DNA from: Minutocellus sp. GHC0000111 | Taxonomy: Eukaryota | Length of the DNA stretch: 64,000 nucleotides | Direction of reading: 5' to 3' | Assembly: GCA_977018835.1 (NCBI GenBank) | Contig: OZ361259.1 | Span: forward strand, 2,666,001-2,730,000 | Shown: in pieces, positions 1-12,100 of the stretch | How positions within the stretch are numbered: position 1 is the stretch's first letter | Layout: every line of letters starts with the position of its first letter | Position numbers and translations under genes: made by a program | The notes under the pieces: generated by a model | Seen by the model: the letters and a program-made list of their open reading frames with translations, nothing else | The model's database searches: none | Told to the model about the DNA's origin: nothing

Positions 1-1425
1 AGCCACTCTCGTCGTCTTGAAGCTTCCACAAGTGGTCAATTCCCAGAGTCTGTAAAATATTTCCAGCTTCAAGTTGTTGAGTTCGTGTAGCAATCCAAAG
101 ACCAAGGCACGGATAGAGTGTCATCGCGATGAGAATCGACGCGTTGACTCTTCGATTGATCTCTTTATTTGTCGAGTCTTCACTAGGTATGGCGGTAATC
201 AAGGTTACGAATATCTGGAAAATGATGAAGCAAGGCAGAGCTATCATGCACCTTGTTGCGCTGCCTTCAGGGGATCGAAGTGCCTCGGGAATCAGGTATG
301 TGAAGAAAAATATCAGTCCCAGAAAAATGCTCTACCCAAATAGCACTTGAACTCGCTTGGGTATGACCAGAGCTCGCTTGAATCGATCCTGCTTTGACCA
401 GCTTGGAATTTGAACAGATACACGCTTTCCTGTGGCAGCCTCGACGTAGGACTGTTCAAGGTTGTTCTCCCAGATCAGTACGTCCAGCCGAGTGCTCATC
501 ATGTCTCGACCAGTCAATGATACTGTTCGTAAATTTGAATCGTCCATTGCTCGACGGCCCTCTTTTCTTCGTCTGGCTGCCATCGATAGCCGAATTCGAC
601 CCCCATCGAACGGAAGCGACCTGAACCAATAACTGACTCACTCCCATCGCTGCGATCGCTTCTTGGCGAACAACTGAGATTTGCCTCAATGTCGGCGTGT
701 GAACTGTCATCGAGGAAGAAGTTTGCACTATCCTTTCGTTTGAATCCAACTCTTTTCTTGCTACTTACGCTGGAATCCATACGAGTGGCACTCGGTGAAT
801 CAATAGAAGCCAAATTATCGGGCACAGAGTGTCGGGAAAGGTCGAGAGGGTCGCCCTTGTCTTGATAGGATGACGGTGGTCGATCCAAATGTTCATCGCA
901 AAAATAGTCGTCTTGACTACCGGACCTGCGGTGGCGGATGTCATTGGTCACTTGGCTCTGAAAATCCGCTCCTTCTTCTTCTGGCATGGAGCTCAAACTC
1001 AAAAGAGATGTATTGGAACCATCCATATCAGGCGATCGGGAAGACACCTTCTTTACAACTGCTTTCGGTCTCAGCCCCAATTCAATTTCGCCAGTGTTGC
1101 TCTGCGTCACGCTGGTCCTCGGTGATATCTGTTGTTCCTCTAACTCATTACTAGTAGCTTTTTCGTTATCGTGCTGGGGAACTGAAATCTTGAAGGGATT
1201 ATTTCTTTTCCCAGATCGCTCCATTATTTGTTCTCTCTTACTTTCGTCATTGGAGGAAGTATTGTTTGCTCTCGGTGTTGTGTTCCTCTGCCATTCATCG
1301 GCAATCCGCGAGAAAGGATCGTCAGCGAAAGTGTCATCGTCAATGGTCGAAACGGTGTTTTCGCTAAGATCGTCATTCGCGTGGTATGTGGAAGCCGCCG
1401 GACGACCACCAGCGTTGAGCATCAT
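1..1425 (-). pseudogene. Disrupted membrane-protein gene: long disordered Ser/Asp-rich N-terminus followed by transmembrane helices; runs off the window end
   Basis: ORF 514..1425 ends early. Protein-like sequence resumes in the 332..583 frame and continues past an in-frame TAG (332-334) into hydrophobic helices (SIFLGLIFFFTYLIPE..., CMIALPCFIIFQIFVTLITAI..., ILIAMTLYPCLGLWIA) as far as base 1. At least one frameshift and one stop. Confidence 0.5.
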
Positions 1426-1810
1426 GCTACTTTGAACCTTTCAAAGCGAGCGAATGTATGTACGTGATGAATCAGCTTGGCACGGAGGCTTCCAAGCCAA
1501 GCGCACTGAGATCAGCGCCGGATGGAATCAAGCAACTTCTTACAAGATATGGAGTCTTCCTGTTTCCTTGTCATGTGTTCCTGCCTTGTGACTGCCAGCG
1601 AAAGTTGCTTGGATGGAAGCATGAAGTCAGTTGCACATCTTGTGCCACTCGCGGTCAGCGAACGACGTACGGACATTTCGCTCGCGAGAGCAGCTCGCTC
1701 TGACTACTGACGATCGAGCGAAGCAGTTCGAAAGCAGATCAGACAAGGAACGTGCCAGTAACCTCATAATATAGCTTCATTTGCACATTATAGCACCCGC
1801 ATAGGAGCTA

Positions 1811-4003
1811 GTGGAGAGGAAACATCCCAAGGGTGACACAACTGAGACAACGCACATCTATCCAAATCACCGTCCGATGCGACCATCCGCCGCCCGCCAA
1901 CCCATCAACAGGAGGTGTCGTGACGGTCCTGCTAATACTCTTGGCCTGCCACTCCTATCGATTGTGCTTCTCAGCGGTAGTACCATGATCCGATCGGCCT
2001 TATCCTTCAGTGTATCATCAATTAGCAGGAGGTGCCTGTCATGCTCGACGGGAGTAGCTGCTTCTCGACGATCCACATGTGGTGCGGCTACAATTGCTCC
2101 ATCGATGTTGACATCGAGGATACAGGTGCAGCCACCACAGACCGCATCAGCGGCCAGCGGCCTCACATATAGCACTCGATTGTACTCCTCAACGTCGCCA
2201 GATGATATGTCCTCAACGGCCAGATCGCGTGCGCCATTTTCTGGTCCACGTGGTTCCTTTGACGATGCCATTCCAGAGGGTCCCGATGCTTCGACTTCAG
2301 CTGGAGACGGCGAGGATGCGGCCGCACCGCTTTGGTCATCCCTGGGCCTCATCACGGAATTGGTCGACACTTTGTCCAAGCCAACGTCTCAGCGCGGTAT
2401 GGGCTTTTCGGCTGGTCCAACGCCGGTCCAAAAGATGGCCATCCCAGCCATTTTGCAGGGATATGTCCCATACGATGCCGACGTGGAGGCAAGACGTAGG
2501 TCCAAGGAGAAGACGAGTACGTTTGGTGCCGACGCCGACAACTCCGTTGAGGGCAACGTGGCATTCGCAGCTGCAACTGGATCGGGAAAGACACTCGCGT
2601 ACCTCCTTCCCGTGGTGCAGATGCTCAAGTCGGACGAACTCCTCTCCCTCAGTTTGCCCCCCGAGCAGGCCGCTCGGTTGCGCACACCGAAGCGTCCTCG
2701 TGCCATCATCCTTGCACCGACTCGCGAGTTGAGTACACAGATCTTGACGGTCCTCAAGCAGATTAGTCATTCAGCCAAGGTCTCATCCGAATCGTTGGTG
2801 GGTGGAGAGGATTATGGCAAGCAGCGCAAGCGGTTGGAATCCCGTCCCGTCGATGTTGTCGTGGCGACTCCAGGACGGCTCGTCAAGCACCTGCAGGCTG
2901 GCAATGTGTTTTTGGGATCGGTCAGGCACGTAGTGATCGACGAGTTCGACACCATGCTCGAGCAGGGGTTTCAGTCAGATTTGGGAACAATCCTCCATCC
3001 GCTGCTGTACCAAAAGAAGGTCATTTACCCCAGCGAGGTTGACCGACTCCGTTTGGTCGAGGGGGCACCTCAAATTGTGCTGACGACGGCCACCATGACG
3101 AATGCCGTGAGACGATTGCTAGCCGACCCAACGGTGGAGCCCAAGAAGCAGTACCGCGCCGAGCCTGATCCTAACAAAGAAGTGAACATCGTCTTGCCCA
3201 AGGATATTCGTGTCCTGACTGCTCCTGGCCTGCACAAGGCCGTGCCGCGCCTTCGCCAGACCTTTGTTGATGTTGGAAATGCTGATAAGCTGTCGTTGCT
3301 GAATGATATTGTTGCCGGTAGTGGAGGTCAGGGTTCCGTCGTAACCAGGTCTGATGGTTCTCTTCCCGACGGCAGTGGACATGCCCTAACTTTAGTGTTT
3401 TGCAACACCGTTCCCAGTGCCAGAGCAGCTCAGCACTCTCTTGCCGAGGCGGGAGTTCCTAGTCTGTGTTATCACGGAGATTTGAGCAGTGCCGACCGGG
3501 CCGAAAATCTTCAAACGTTCCGAGATGCCGCGTCCTCCAACGACCCTGATGCTCCACGAGTTTTGGTTTGTACCGATATTGCCGCCCGTGGGCTGGACGT
3601 GCCGGAAGTTGACCACGTTTGCATGTTCGATTTCCCTCTCAACCCCATTGATTATCTGCACCGTGCCGGCCGAACAGCCAGAGCTACGGCTGTCAAGTCC
3701 ATGAGGGCTGGAAGTGGTCGAGTGACGGCACTAGTTGCCAAGAGAGATCGGGTATTGGCCGGGGCGATCGAGAGAGCTGTCCGCGAAGGAGAACCTCTCG
3801 ATCAACTCAGCTCAAGGAAGAGTGACTATCAGCAGGGCGGTCGCCTCGACCCAAGGATGAAGAGCGCTCCAAACAGGCCCAGAGGTGGTGGCGGCGGAGA
3901 TCGCGATCGAAGCTCTGGTCGAGGAGGTGGCGGACGCGGTGGTGGAAGAGGAGGCCGAGGTGGTCGGGGCAGAGGAGGTGGACGCCGAGGAAGGAGAAGA
4001 TAG
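1811..4003 (+). CDS. DEAD-box RNA helicase, probably organelle-targeted (RH39-like), with a C-terminal RGG tail
   Basis: Q motif PTPVQ, AATGSGKT, PTREL, TPGRL, DEFD, TAT, ARGLD, HRAGRTAR. Hydrophobic then Ser/Arg-rich presequence. The real start is probably an internal ATG (about 1877), since the ORF starts at GTG. Confidence 0.9.
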   Translation: MERKHPKGDTTETTHIYPNHRPMRPSAARQPINRRCRDGPANTLGLPLLSIVLLSGSTMIRSALSFSVSSISRRCLSCSTGVAASRRSTCGAATIAPSMLTSRIQVQPPQTASAASGLTYSTRLYSSTSPDDMSSTARSRAPFSGPRGSFDDAIPEGPDASTSAGDGEDAAAPLWSSLGLITELVDTLSKPTSQRGMGFSAGPTPVQKMAIPAILQGYVPYDADVEARRRSKEKTSTFGADADNSVEGNVAFAAATGSGKTLAYLLPVVQMLKSDELLSLSLPPEQAARLRTPKRPRAIILAPTRELSTQILTVLKQISHSAKVSSESLVGGEDYGKQRKRLESRPVDVVVATPGRLVKHLQAGNVFLGSVRHVVIDEFDTMLEQGFQSDLGTILHPLLYQKKVIYPSEVDRLRLVEGAPQIVLTTATMTNAVRRLLADPTVEPKKQYRAEPDPNKEVNIVLPKDIRVLTAPGLHKAVPRLRQTFVDVGNADKLSLLNDIVAGSGGQGSVVTRSDGSLPDGSGHALTLVFCNTVPSARAAQHSLAEAGVPSLCYHGDLSSADRAENLQTFRDAASSNDPDAPRVLVCTDIAARGLDVPEVDHVCMFDFPLNPIDYLHRAGRTARATAVKSMRAGSGRVTALVAKRDRVLAGAIERAVREGEPLDQLSSRKSDYQQGGRLDPRMKSAPNRPRGGGGGDRDRSSGRGGGGRGGGRGGRGGRGRGGGRRGRRR

Positions 4004-4193
4004 GCAAAATCTACACATTGGATAGCTAGAAAGATAACTTTGCACGAAAGGTGCTGAGCAAAGTATAGCGTGAATAATGTAAACTTATTGTTAACAACAA
4101 GAGAAAATGCAACATTGATCCGTGAATTATACATCAACATTTAAGTGGCGAGACTGGTATAGCTTGTTATCAGCATGCAGTACACACAGGATT

Positions 4194-6470
4194 TTATGAT
4201 CTCAGAGGAGAGTCGGGAGGAGTTACTCTGTCTAGTTTTCGCACATCATGGAGAGAGGCCTTCGAGGTTGATGGAGCTATCAGCGCTGCCTCTTCGTCGT
4301 CATAATCGCTACCACTATCGAGTTCGACGCGAAGGGTCTTGGCCTTGGATGCGGGGGTGCCATTGAAGGGTAGGATCATCCTTTGGACCTTGGTTCCTCT
4401 CAGAATTTTTCTCCAGAATCGGTAGAGAACTTTCATCGAAAGGATGAGGACAGAGTGGATGAAGAGAAGCATACAGCCCAAATTTTGGAAGAAGATAGGG
4501 AAGCTAATCTTGGGAGTAAAGACGATGCGATTCACATTCTTCATGGCCCGAGGTCCGGTCGGGCCGCCAGGCTCAGCGGGGGAAATATGCATGTCCCACT
4601 TGGGATTGACATACATCGTCTTTTTGAGGGCGAGGTTGAATCCGATATGCTCGCATTGCTGACCATCGTCGCCCCAATCATACTTGGCCCCTGAGGACTT
4701 GACAAGATCCATGGGATACATGGTAGCTCCGTTGAAGGCACTGGCAACAGGGTAAGGCTCGGAACCAGAGGATCTGTCATGGCCAAGAACCAACATGAGC
4801 TGCATCGGACTTACGGCATCGCATTGGTTGCGCCACCGGTCACCAGGGGGCATGAGCTCACAGAAGCGCTGATGAAGGTCGAGAATGCGCGAGTTCTTCG
4901 GCGATCGCAGGGCTCTGAAGGCAGAAAAATCGTATGGATTGACAAAGGTGCCAAGGGAGGCCGGCCACGCCTGTCGTCCCGAGCTGGCCACGGCGGCGTC
5001 GGGTTTTTTGCCCAGAGTGTGGAGGATACCCAGCGGACTGAGCGACACCTTGAGGTCCAAATCAACGACGATCATGTGGCTGTAATCGTCGTACTTGTCC
5101 CCCTCGACCATGTGATCGACTATTCGCTGGCGGAATTCGGCCATCCGGCCGATCGCGCTGCTCTTCCAGTAGTCGTCGGCCTCGGTGGCATCGTACCGAT
5201 GGCTCCCCCCAAAGACGCAGCCGGGTGCATCGTCGCACTCCATGACGTCGACGACGTACTTGCCCTTGTCGCCGTCAGCCCAGGATTGGAAGGCCTTGCG
5301 CGATCCGTCCTTGGAATCGTTCTCGAATACCACGACGGCCACCTTGTCGAAGAAGGGGAGGAGACCCTCGACGTTCCGTCGGAGGGGCTCGATGGCGGCG
5401 ATGGTGTCGCGGGACATGACGTTGATGATCATGCCGTGGTTGGATTGACGAGCGTATCGGACTCCCTTCAGGACAGCCTCGACATCCTCGGGGTTGCGGC
5501 TGGACAGAGCATCGGCGGAAAGGACTCTCCACGATGACTCCTTGAGGCACAGCGGGAGGGGATTATCAGCCATGGCACTGGCACTCGCACCGGCGTCAGC
5601 ATCAAGATACTCCTCCACGCACACGCCCTCAAGGGCCGCCTCGATTCCGGCGGGACGGTACACCCGGTACTTGCCCCACATGGCCGGGTTCCAAAGCCAG
5701 CTGGGCGAAATGATTTGCATCTGCGACTGCGTCGACGTGAGGATGGAGAAGAGGAGGGCAATGCCAACGACCAGCGTGCCCTCGGCCCTTAGTGGCCATC
5801 GAGAGTGGACCTTGCGGCAGCATTCTCTCATCCTGGGCGTAAATAGCTGCTCCAGGCGTGCCTGCGGTTGTTCCATGCATGTGGAACAATACCGACGCCT
5901 TTGGTGGTTTGGTGCCTGGTCACCTCCCTTCTCCGCGTCGGCGTTATTGGCGCTGTTCGCCGAGCGTTCCCGATGTGCCAGAATAAATCCAGCCGCACTG
6001 GTCAGCGTCACAATCGGCCAGATCGACAGATGGAGCAACGAATCCCACCCAATAACAATCTCGCTGAAGGCATTACCGAGCAGCTCATACGGGAGCGTGC
6101 CGGGCTGGCCGGGCGTGTAGAAACTTAACGGAATGGAGCAGATGACAGTAACGGCCACAGATACCGGCACAATCTGCGCAGTGAGAGTCTGGTACAGAGC
6201 CGGATGGGAAAGCTTCAGCCGAGTCAGCGGCATAAGACACGCCGAACGGAGAAGTCGAAGGGCTGACAGCGACGGGGATCGGATGTTCCCCGTCGTGTTG
6301 CCCTTGTTGGGCTGTCCACAGTCATGGTCGGGGATGGGGATGTGCGCGGCCGATGCCGACTGGGGCAATAACCGGCCGTTTTCGACCAGCGAGGCATCCT
6401 GGCGCTCCGAAGCTGCCCCGGCACCCATGGCGACAATACTGCTGCTACTGCTACTGGCTGCGCCGGTCAT
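4194..6470 (-). CDS. Membrane-anchored GT-A glycosyltransferase, CAP59/GT69 mannosyltransferase-like
   Basis: VVVFENDSKDGS, RMAEFRQR, DxD-type IVVDLDL, VASAFNGATMY, CEHIGFN. Several N-terminal TM segments and one C-terminal TM segment. Confidence 0.65.
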   Translation of the reverse strand: MTGAASSSSSSIVAMGAGAASERQDASLVENGRLLPQSASAAHIPIPDHDCGQPNKGNTTGNIRSPSLSALRLLRSACLMPLTRLKLSHPALYQTLTAQIVPVSVAVTVICSIPLSFYTPGQPGTLPYELLGNAFSEIVIGWDSLLHLSIWPIVTLTSAAGFILAHRERSANSANNADAEKGGDQAPNHQRRRYCSTCMEQPQARLEQLFTPRMRECCRKVHSRWPLRAEGTLVVGIALLFSILTSTQSQMQIISPSWLWNPAMWGKYRVYRPAGIEAALEGVCVEEYLDADAGASASAMADNPLPLCLKESSWRVLSADALSSRNPEDVEAVLKGVRYARQSNHGMIINVMSRDTIAAIEPLRRNVEGLLPFFDKVAVVVFENDSKDGSRKAFQSWADGDKGKYVVDVMECDDAPGCVFGGSHRYDATEADDYWKSSAIGRMAEFRQRIVDHMVEGDKYDDYSHMIVVDLDLKVSLSPLGILHTLGKKPDAAVASSGRQAWPASLGTFVNPYDFSAFRALRSPKNSRILDLHQRFCELMPPGDRWRNQCDAVSPMQLMLVLGHDRSSGSEPYPVASAFNGATMYPMDLVKSSGAKYDWGDDGQQCEHIGFNLALKKTMYVNPKWDMHISPAEPGGPTGPRAMKNVNRIVFTPKISFPIFFQNLGCMLLFIHSVLILSMKVLYRFWRKILRGTKVQRMILPFNGTPASKAKTLRVELDSGSDYDDEEAALIAPSTSKASLHDVRKLDRVTPPDSPLRS

Positions 6471-6975
6471 GGCTCTATTTGGATTTGAAGGGCGAGAGAT
6501 GGAAACGACCTCCCCGACCACAAACTCAGCAACGGGCCTTTTTATCCCTCCAACGCCCCGATGAAATTTCAGGGGGTTCGCCGCGAGATACTACAAGTAC
6601 GACTTGGAATTCCCAGGACTGTTCCACTCCAGTCAACAGGATAGAAGCGCTTTGACTTGCAATAAGTTAATTTGCTTTCAATCGGTACAGTCAAGAGCTG
6701 AAGTTCAAGGCAATGCTCGAACGTGGAACACACACAAAAATTTTGATGTGTCGTTTTTTTTGTCATGGGTGGCCGATCGGACGCGGCTGGAACACGCCGC
6801 CGCGGCCAACTACTGCACAACCAATACATGTACCAGTACTAGATCTACATGGATTGTAGACTAGATCTAGTACCTTAGCTAGCAAGGAATTCCTACGTAG
6901 ATCTACTAATACTTTGACACACATTTTATAGAATTCAATCAAGCATTCCCGCCTAGATCTAGATCTATTCCTCCT

Positions 6976-8373
6976 TCACCAGTTAGTTGTTTCCGGCTCG
7001 TTTTCTACAAATTCTTCGCCGCCGCCATGATTCTCACTCTTTCTTTCGATTCCCTCCTCTTCCCGCCAATCATCATTCGTCGCTGGTGGTTCGGCAGAAG
7101 AACGTCTAGATCTACTGCTGAGATCCGAAGCCTTCCTCTTCAGATACGAAATCCGGAAGGTCATGGAGAAGACTCCCCGTTCGCCCTGCCTCTGCTGCTG
7201 CACTTGTGGATTTGAATCTCCCGATGATCTGCGAGAAGATGGCCCGGGGTAGGCAGTGGAAGAATGACGCCCGGCCGCGTTGCCATCTTTCTTGAGTTCT
7301 TGCCATAGCATACGGAACCACGCCGGAAGGAAGAACTCGCCGGGATGGGCGCGACGGTATCGCATGAACGTCGGCCGGATGAAAACGATGAGATTTAAGA
7401 GTCCCTGGATCGGCACAAACAGGGCCGTTAGGAACAGGAGGGAAAATGGAAACTTTCCAGAGATGACAATGACAAGTTGGAATATTGTTGGAAAGAACCA
7501 CGTAACGAAGAAGGCGCCGACGTAGAAGAAGGCCTGCTTTTGGATGCGCTTGTAATTCGAAAGCTGTGCGCTGGAAGGTTGCCTCCTCAATCGCCCTGGT
7601 TTCCCGCCAGATCCATCTTTTTCATCGTCTCCATTGCCATTGTCGATGCTATTGCTGTTGCTGGTGACGGAAACTTTGTACTTGTCCATCGCTTTCTCTT
7701 GTGCCTTGACGGTATGATAGACCCAATACATGAGACCGGATACCAGCACAATGACGAACCAAAGAGGAGCGTAGTAGAAGGCCCATTGATACAGACTTCC
7801 ATTGTCGCCCCGAACGCACGTCGTAGTACCGTCGGGCGAGTTCCAACTCTCCTGACAGCCAAGAGGTGCTGCACTGATCCAACAATCCCATCCTACTTGG
7901 TTGAAGAGGGTCAGACCCAGCGATGCCAGCCCAGTACCCAGACCCCACGCAATTGCATGGCCATGGAAGAATGGTTCGATCTTGACAATATCCTCGTCCT
8001 TCCAACCCTTTACGATAACGAGAACATAATAAACACAAAGTGTCGCGTTGTACATGACCGTCGAGAGGGAGAACTGAGCGAAGAAGGCCTGTGCGCTGCA
8101 GGTCTGCTGGTTTCCCACTGCTGCATACACACCTGGCGTACCTTTCGGGATAGGCCAAGTAGTGAAGAACCAAGCGACAGAGGCAGAAAAATCACACATG
8201 CTCATGCCCAAGACCAGGCGGTGATATGTTCGTTTCTTGCTTCCACCCCCGTTGCTCCCGCTCCCACGCCGAAGGATTAAAATGCACGTGATTGCAGACC
8301 CAACGGCGGAGGCGAAGGCAGAAAATTTCGGCGCGATCGCCACGGCCTTTTGCTGGGCGAGAGTCGTTGCCAT
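6976..8373 (-). CDS. Seven-transmembrane GPCR-like receptor (cAMP-receptor/Git3-like, diatom type)
   Basis: Seven hydrophobic segments; TYHRLVLGMSMCD, CSAQAF, WDCWI, QAFFYVGAFFVTW, PIQGLLNLIVFIRP. Confidence 0.8.
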   Translation of the reverse strand: MATTLAQQKAVAIAPKFSAFASAVGSAITCILILRRGSGSNGGGSKKRTYHRLVLGMSMCDFSASVAWFFTTWPIPKGTPGVYAAVGNQQTCSAQAFFAQFSLSTVMYNATLCVYYVLVIVKGWKDEDIVKIEPFFHGHAIAWGLGTGLASLGLTLFNQVGWDCWISAAPLGCQESWNSPDGTTTCVRGDNGSLYQWAFYYAPLWFVIVLVSGLMYWVYHTVKAQEKAMDKYKVSVTSNSNSIDNGNGDDEKDGSGGKPGRLRRQPSSAQLSNYKRIQKQAFFYVGAFFVTWFFPTIFQLVIVISGKFPFSLLFLTALFVPIQGLLNLIVFIRPTFMRYRRAHPGEFFLPAWFRMLWQELKKDGNAAGRHSSTAYPGPSSRRSSGDSNPQVQQQRQGERGVFSMTFRISYLKRKASDLSSRSRRSSAEPPATNDDWREEEGIERKSENHGGGEEFVENEPETTNW

Positions 8374-9168
8374 GTTGTTGCTTCAAGTAAATGATATGTT
8401 GGTTCTCCGTTGCTGCGATCGATGGGCTAAAAGCGAGGTCTCTGCCTGCTCTGCTCAGCATCAGCTCTTTCTTGACATACGAGTAGCTCGCTCGAAAGTG
8501 GCAAGCACACAAAAAATACACAAAATGCCATTTTGAGCTCCCGATGGCGGAGGGTGCGTGACGTGTGCTCGCCCCTCCTCTACTCTTTTCTTCTCTTCTT
8601 TCCCCCTCTTCATTGACGAGAGCCCGCCATCGCCACCGACTTCGGCGTCTCGAATCTCGATACTACTCGACCGGTGCCATCAGCGAGAGGCTCAAAAAGA
8701 TACGGCAGTAAATCAATCCCAGTAGACAGAATGGCCGACGCTTTGTTCTCCTGAAATAATTTATTCAGAAGTTCCCCCCTCGTTGTTCGCCCTTTGATCC
8801 GCCGGATGTTTTGTGGGACCACCTCCGCTTCCCGCACGAACAAAAAAGCTCAAACTCCGATTGTCTTCCGGCACTTGTTGCGTTATTGCAACGCAGGGGC
8901 GGGGGTTCGCTCCCTCCCGACACTCAACCGCTTCCCAATCATCTGAGATCCATTTATTTCGGTATCTTTACGCGGCGTGCGGTGTGTGGCGTCTGCGTGC
9001 GGTGTGAGTGTCGGGATCTTGCCTCAAATCGGTCCATCAGATAAATCAATATCGTTTGGATTTCTGTGCTCCAAGTTGTGTCAAGCAGTTGGTTTATCTC
9101 TGTCAGCACTGAGAGGGCCAGTGTCAACAAATTTCTAGCGAGACAATATCAGGGTCGAAGAATCAACA

Positions 9169-12100
9169 ATGCGCACAACAACAAATTCCGACGAAGTTCC
9201 GGCGTCGGTAGGCGGCTTTCACGGCACTACCGATGATAGTCATAGTCAGCATCACAATTATCGGCAGAGCGGAACATCGCAGGCGCAGCAGCAGCAGAAC
9301 ACACCCTTGATGGGAATTGCCCACCGACACGACGAGGCGCTATCGCACAATCCAACGCCATCGGAAACGCTGATGGAAAGGCGGGATTATGGACACAAGG
9401 AGGATGACACGGAGCCGCTGATCACTGGCACTTTGGGTGCATCGCCGGCGCGGTCGGCTGTTGATGGCGACATCGGCGGCGCCGACGGAACCAGCAATAT
9501 GCCTCGAACGATCCTGTTCCCAGAATCATTGTACGGGGAAGCAACCGAACCAGCCCGACCGGCACCGCAGTCAGCTGCCACACCATCAACTCCACGAAAG
9601 GCGTATGGGACTGAAGAGGGGCTGATGCCGCCACCGCCGACCTCGTCACCATCCTCGACTCGATCTCCTTCTGGAAGCGCCAGAAGCGGTCAAAGGAAAC
9701 GAGTAAATAGCGATGGGAGTAACAATTCGACCCTTCTTGTGGAGATGTTGATGAGAAGTAGCCTTGCTCGGGCATTGCGACCACGAGTGGGAAGTTCCAG
9801 CGAATTCATGGATGAAAGGGTGTTGCATGTTGCGGAAAATACCGAGGTAGATGGCCACGAGGAGCCCAATAGTGATGGAATTGACAACGACGCATCTGAT
9901 AGCGATGGATGTGCCAAGAAGCATGCGAACTTGAGCCCTAGGTACGATTACAATGCAAGTTGGAACGTGGGAGGACATCATCATCGCGAGGCTGCTGATG
10001 CAACCGTGGCGACAAGTACTACATCGCATACTTCTGGCGTTTTGAGTGAAGCTGTTGCTGCATCGGCAGCGGTTGCGGCAGCTGTGAACAATTCGGATGT
10101 TCGTCCGATTACTCCATCGGATATGGTTCTGTCGGCATCAGCAGAGACATCTGACGGCAACTCTCGCTCAACCCCTCAATCTGCTTGTTCGGCAGGTCAT
10201 TTGTCTCGACAACGAAGACGGGCACGGCCAATGGCCGAGTCGCAGAGCTCGTTGCCGTCTTCTCCGATCCATCTCATTCCTCGCCGAAGAACTCGCTCGA
10301 CTCCCAATGCAGGGTCGGCCTACACATCACACTCACCAAACCAGTCTTCCAGCCATAGGCGACGGGAATACGCGCATCAAAAGTACCACACTGAAGGTTT
10401 GCGTGGTGCTGATTCTGTGGATGCGGTTGATGAGTTTGACGATGTTCGAAACATAAGCTCATCTGCACCAAACACCGATGGCGATGCTGGAGAAAATCCA
10501 TTTAATGATTTTGATGGAGCTCCTGTTGTTCCAAGGGTTGGCACGGGTCTAAATCGCGAAGACTCGGTGCGATCAGCTTCGACGTCGTCCAGCTCCTCGA
10601 TAACCCACAGACGAAGGTCGCGAGGGCCTGGCGGTCAAGTCGATCCATCTGGGACGACTATTTTTGGTGGACATTCAGCACCCTCGGTATCATCTTTCTC
10701 AGGCTCAGTATCTACTGTGACCGGTGTCTCCCTTCATCCTCCAGCTCAGGTGAGGACCTTTCATCATCACAACTCTGTTACTCGTGCGGGCGAAAATTCC
10801 CGTACAAATACAAGCGATGAAATCGTAGAAACAAATCCAGCCGCGAGATCTTTGCGGGCATCGCTTGATGCCGGAATGGCTGCCATAAGTCGCTGGGCTC
10901 GATCACATGCAGGTGTGGCAGGATCGGCCGCAGCTTCAGCGGCGCAAGCAGGAGGCCATGGGCCACCGAGGTCTTCACGAGCAGCAACCATGCAGCTTGG
11001 AGAAGAGGATCTCTTTGCACTAGCAAATGCTGGCGCCGACCCACGTCGCTCTATATCAGCTCTTGAAGAGGAACAACGACTCGGCGGAGTCGGCAATTAT
11101 GGGCTTGGTGGGCTAAGAGTATTCGCACCGATTGCGGAAGAAGAAGACGGAACAGGAGCCGGTGGTCGTAATCGCGCCTTTTCTGAACCTGACCGTGCGC
11201 GGGTACGTAATTTCTTCACCAGAAGGGCAGCGAACAACCGTGGGGGCAGTCCACCACAGCGCTCTAATCCAAGCAGACTATTTGGCACAACCTCTGGAAC
11301 TGCACAAATTGGAGGCGATGTCATCTCGCACTTGTCATCTTCGACAGACATTGCGAGCGGCGCGCGAACACTATCAACCGCTGCGATGTCGTCCTCCCTT
11401 TTCCACTCTAGCTCAATGCCACCCCAAGCAGCTGCTCGTGTAATGAATGCAAACGCGAATAGAAACATCGACGATCAGATTGATTTGATAGAACGAGGAA
11501 GTATCAACAACGATGATTCAATGGAAGACGTTATAGATAATTCGAGCAGAAGAGAAGCGAATGAAATTTCACGCGAAAATGCCATTGTCTCATCTAATGT
11601 TTCTGATAACCGGGGCGACAGTGATGGCGATGACGAGGATCTAGAACCACAGATTCCGACAACAAGAGCCGATCTTGATCGTCGAGCTCGAAGGCGGTGG
11701 GTCCGAATCAACCAACGCTTTCAGGTACTCATCACTTTTGTGGCACTTATTTTCAGCCTCATTTTATTTGCCGTGTTGGTTTGCTGGATTGTGATGACGA
11801 GTTCGTATGTCGTCTCCATCGACAAGCCTTGCGACGTGCCGCTGAAGAAATACTTTTGGCTGGCAACAATTCAGCTTGTATTCGATGTATTTCGGACGGA
11901 CATTATGCGGCACATCTTGAGGTGGGATCCAAACCAAGGGCAACGAATACCCAAGCGAGTGGTGATTTATAACATGGCCTATTTGATCTATGCGATTTGT
12001 GTTCTCAGGATTGGCGTGAAGAGTGTTTATTTCTCGCCCGAGAGTACTTGTCCAGATAGTGCACCGGAATTTTTCTCAGCCGCCGCCGCCTTCGTAACTC

